Assembly (NCBI RefSeq): GCF_009914755.1
Contig: NC_060948.1
Source of the DNA: the human T2T-CHM13v2.0 reference genome, Homo sapiens
Length of the DNA stretch: 64,000 bases
Reading direction: 5' to 3' (one strand)
Numbering within the stretch: position 1 is the first letter of the stretch; each line of letters opens with the position of its first letter. The position numbers and the translations under genes were made by a program. Shown piece by piece: positions 57,879 through 64,000 of the stretch. Below the pieces are notes generated by a model, which did no database searches, was not told the DNA's origin, and saw nothing but the letters and a program-made list of their open reading frames with translations.

Positions 57879-59976
57879 AGATCCATATTTTTTAAATGAA
57901 AAAAAATTTCAAAGGTACTCTGCTTGGTACAATAATCAAATGTATAAACTGAGGAATAAAACATAACCATGAAACCTACTTATAACTGCATATGGAAAAT
58001 ACAGAGGATAATTTTTTAAATAACATATTTTGAAAGCCTTAACTAGTAATTTGAAGAGTTGGCATTTGAAAGGCCAGTATGAATATACCTTCAAAGCAGC
58101 AACACAGGTTCCCCATGAGAAAAAGCAAACACAGGGAAAATAAAAACACAAAGGTTCAATCTCTTCTGACCTTTGAAAGACACAGCACAGACAGTGGTCC
58201 TTAGGACGAAGAGCAGGAGACCCCTAATTCCGTCACCATGGCGATACGGCATAAACATTGCTGGGTGAGGGCACAATCCACATTGTGAGGTCCAACTGCT
58301 GCCAGGAAGACAGGAGTGCTTTTACATAGACCGAAAGGTCATTGAAGGCTCAGAGTTTTGTTTCAAGAACTGAATCCCAAGCCCACACGTTATTAGGCTG
58401 CGCTTCTTAAAACAAGTTATGAGATGGGAAAAAGGGCACCCACAAACATACGTATACATTATGTATATAATAATATACAGTATCATATATATAATATATA
58501 TAACCTATGTATAATATTGTTTTACATCCTGCATCTTATGTTATATATATTGTATAAAATATAATAATTGATAATATATAAGTTTTATAATTATACAATA
58601 TGACATATAGTATATATTATAATTTATGACATATATAATATATGTTATATATCATATATAGAATATATTATACGGTTAATATACGTATTAAATATAAATT
58701 ATACATTATATATATTATATATAATATATCTGTTATATATAATACCCATTATGCATAATATATATATTATGTCTATGTTATATATAGTATAAAACAACAT
58801 ATAATAATATATAATTGTATATATAAAATGCGACATATAATATATATTATATTTTATAACATATGTAATATATATTATATATAATACGTTGTATGTATAA
58901 TACCTATATTAAATATATATTATTTGACTATGTTATTAATTACATGTCACATGTGTTATATATTATATATTTTACATAGAATATACCGGTTACATACAAT
59001 ATATACTATGTTACCTATAATGTATAATTTATTACATGTAAAATAAAGAATGCAATATATTATGTAAAATTTATAATATACAATATGTGGAATGTGATAT
59101 ATATAACATATAATATATGATATATGATATACAGTATATGATATATAACATACAATATATGATTCCTAATATATATCGTATACAATATATATTTTATGAT
59201 ATGTATTCTATATGTTTTATATTCTGTTATATTTAACTATTTGAAATTATATATAACTGTATAATATTTTATGTAAATATGTAATATAATATATATAACT
59301 ATATAATATATTATATATAACTATATATTATCTTATATATACTTTTATAACATAATTTACATAAAATATCATAATATAATATATATTATATTATTTCATA
59401 TTACATAATATATATTACATATCACCCAATATAACTAACATACATAATATTATAATATAGATTATATTGTGTTATATTAAATATCATATATATCATATAT
59501 CATATATTCTATAATATATATTACACATTATATAATATGTATGTTGTCTATTATGTGATATATATAACTATATATATAATTATATTTTTATACATATAAC
59601 TAGATAAACATGTAATTCTACATATTTTCATTTATAATATGTAGAATTATATAATCGTATATAATTATTTATATTCTATAAAAAATTTTATCATTATATA
59701 AATTATAATATATAAAAATTATAATATGTACTACAAATATATATATTATATATCATATATGATATAGTACCTTTGTTATATATCATAATACATATAAATG
59801 TGTATTATGTTATCTATAATTATATAATTTCATATATAAGATGTATAATATGTATCATATATTATATATGTTATGTAATATATATAGTATATATAAGATG
59901 ACACAGGATAAATATTATATACTATGACATATAAAATATATGAGGTTATATGTTACATATAAGGCATAGCACATAA

Positions 59977-60291
<315 letters not shown>

Positions 60292-62414
60292 AGATCCATA
60301 TTTTTTAAATGAAAAAAAATTTCAAAGGTACTCTGCTTGGTACAATAATCAAATGTATAAACTGAGGAATAAAACATAACCATGAAACCTACTTATAACT
60401 GCATATGGAAAATACAGAGGATAATTTTTTAAATAACATATTTTGAAAGCCTTAACTAGTAATTTGAAGAGTTGGCATTTGAAAGGCCAGTATGAATATA
60501 CCTTCAAAGCAGCAACACAGGTTCCCCATGAGAAAAAGCAAACACAGGGAAAATAAAAACACAAAGGTTCAATCTCTTCTGACCTTTGAAAGACACAGCA
60601 CAGACAGTGGTCCTTAGGACGAAGAGCAGGAGACCCCTAATTCCGTCACCATGGCGATAGGGCATAAACATTGCTGGGTGAGGGCACAATCCACATTGTG
60701 AGGTCCAACTGCTGCCAGGAAGACAGGAGTGCTTTTACATAGACCGAAAGGTCATTGAAGGCTCAGAGTTTTGTTTCAAGAACTGAATCCCAAGCCCACA
60801 CGTTATTAGGCTGCGCTTCTTAAAACAAGTTATGAGATGGGAAAAAGGGCACCCACAAACATACGTATACATTATGTATATAATAATATACAGTATCATA
60901 TATATAATATATAAAACCTATGTATAATATTGTTTTACATCCTGCATCTTATGTTATATATATTGTATAAAATATAATAATTGATAATATATAAGTTTTA
61001 TAATTATACAATATGACATATAGTATATATTATAATTTATGACATATATAATATATGTTATATATCATATATAGAATATATTATACGGTTAATATACGTA
61101 TTAAATATAAATTATACATTATATATATTATATATAATATATCTGTTATATATAATATCCATTATGCATAATATATATATTTTGTCTATGTTATATATAG
61201 TATAAAACAACATATAATAATATATAATTGTATATATAAAATGCGACATAGAATATATATTATATTTTATAACATATGTAATATATATTATATATAATAC
61301 GTTGTATGTATAATACCTATATTAAATATATATTATATGACTATGTTATTAATTACATGTCACATGTGTTATATATTATATATTTTACATAGAATATACC
61401 GGTTACATACAATATATACTATGTTACCTATAATGTATAATTTATTACATGTAAAATAAAGAATGCAATATATTATGTAAAATTTATAATATACAATATG
61501 TGGAATGTGATATATATAACATATAATATATGATATATGATATACAGTATATGATATATAACATACAATATATGATTCCTAATATATATGGTATACAATA
61601 TATATTTTATGATATGTATTCTATATGTTTTATATTCTGTTATATTTAACTATTTGAAATTATATATAACTGTATAATATTTTATGTAAATATGTAATAT
61701 AATATATATAACTATATAATATATTATATATAACTATATATTATGTTATATATACTTTTATAACATAATTTACATAAAATATCATAATATAATATATATT
61801 ATATTATTTCATATTACATAATATATATTACATATCACCCAATATAACTAACATACATAATATTATAATATAGATTATATTGTGTTATATTAAATATCAT
61901 ATCTATCATGTATCATATATTCTATAATATATATTACACATTATATAATATGTATGTTGTCTATTATGTGATATATATAACTATATATATAATTATATTT
62001 TTATACATATAACTAGATAAACATGTAATTCTACATATTTTCATTTATAATATGTAGAATTATATAATCATATATAATTATTTATATTCTATAAAAAATT
62101 TTATCATTATATAAATTATAATATATAAAAATTATAATATGTACTACAAATATATATATATTATATATCATATATGATATAGTACCTTTGTTATATATCA
62201 TAATACATATAAATGTGTATTATGTTATCTATAATTATATAATTTCATATATAAGATGTATAATATGTATCATATATTATATATGTTATGTAATATATAT
62301 AGTATATATAAGATGACACAGGATAAATATTATATACTATGACATATAATATATATGAGGTTATATGTTACATATAAGGCATAGCACATAACATGTAATA
62401 TATATCATATATAA

Positions 62415-62706
<292 letters not shown>

Positions 62707-64000
62707 AGATCCATATTTTTTAAATGAAAAAAAATTTCAAAGGTACTCTGCTTGGTACAATAATCAAATGTATAAACTGAGGAATAAAACATAACCATGA
62801 AACCTACTTATAACTGCATATGGAAAATACAGAGGATAATTTTTTAAATAACATATTTTGAAAGCCTTAACTAGTAATTTGAAGAGTTGGCATTTGAAAG
62901 GCCAGTATGAATATACCTTCAAAGCAGCAACACAGGTTCCCCATGAGAAAAAGCAAACACAGGGAAAATAAAAACACAAAGGTTCAATCTCTTCTGACCT
63001 TTGAAAGACACAGCAAAGACAGTGGTCCTTAGGACGAAGAGCAGGAGACCCCTAATTCCGTCACCATGGCGATAGGGCATAAACATTGCTGGGTGAGGGC
63101 ACAATCCACATTGTGAGGTCCAACTGCTGCCAGGAAGACAGGAGTGCTTTTACATAGACCGAAAGGTCATTGAAGGCTCAGAGTTTTCTTTCAAGAACTG
63201 AATCCCAAGCCCACACGTTATTAGGCTGCGCTTCTTAAAACAAGTTATGAGATGGGAAAAAGGGCACCCACAAACATACGTATACATTATGTATATAATA
63301 ATATACAGTATCATATATATACTATATATAACCTATGTATAATATTGTTTTACATCCTGCATCTTATGTTATATATATTGTATAAAATATAATAATTGAT
63401 AATATATAAGTTTTATAATTATACAATATGACATATAGTATATATTATAATTTATGACATATATAATATATGTTATATATCATATATAGAATATATTATA
63501 CGGTTAATATACGTATTAAATATAAATTATACATTATATATATTATATATAATATATCTGTTATATATAATACCCATTATGCATAATATATATATTATGT
63601 CTATGTTATATATAGTATAAAACAACATATAATAATATATAATTGTATATATAAAATGCGACATAGAATATATATTATATTTTATAACATATGTAATATA
63701 TATTATATATTATATATAATACGTTGTATGTATAATACCTATATTAAATATATATTATATGACTATGTTATTAATTACATGTCACATGTGTTATATATTA
63801 TATATTTTACATAGAATATGCCGGTTACATACAATATATACTATGTTACCTATAATGTATAATTTATTACATGTAAAATAAAGAATGCAATATATTATGT
63901 ATAATTTATAATATACAATATGTGGAATGTGATATATATAACATATAATATATGATATATGATATACAGTATATGATATATAACATACAATATATGATTC

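Overview
The whole 64 kb window is one uninterrupted head-to-tail tandem array of a ~2.42 kb composite satellite: 26 complete monomers plus a partial 27th, all in the same orientation and about 99% identical by eye. Each monomer has three parts: a ~570 bp moderately AT-rich HSATI-like segment, a ~1.55 kb extremely AT-rich low-complexity segment, and a ~292 bp diverged Alu on the minus strand. This architecture, the monomer length and a predicted 2,146 bp HaeIII fragment match human DYZ2 / HSat1B, most likely from Yq12 heterochromatin. I find no protein-coding genes, RNA genes or CRISPR; the listed ORFs are repeat artefacts. I do not see an undescribed biological system here, because this is a known satellite. 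What deserves a second look is its internal structure: nascent dimeric higher-order repeats, chimeric monomers, a hidden 7-bp periodicity that matches the indel sizes, AluSc-type diagnostics in the Alu, retained Pol III boxes, and an apparent lack of CpG decay between copies. All variant calls were read by eye and need confirming by alignment.
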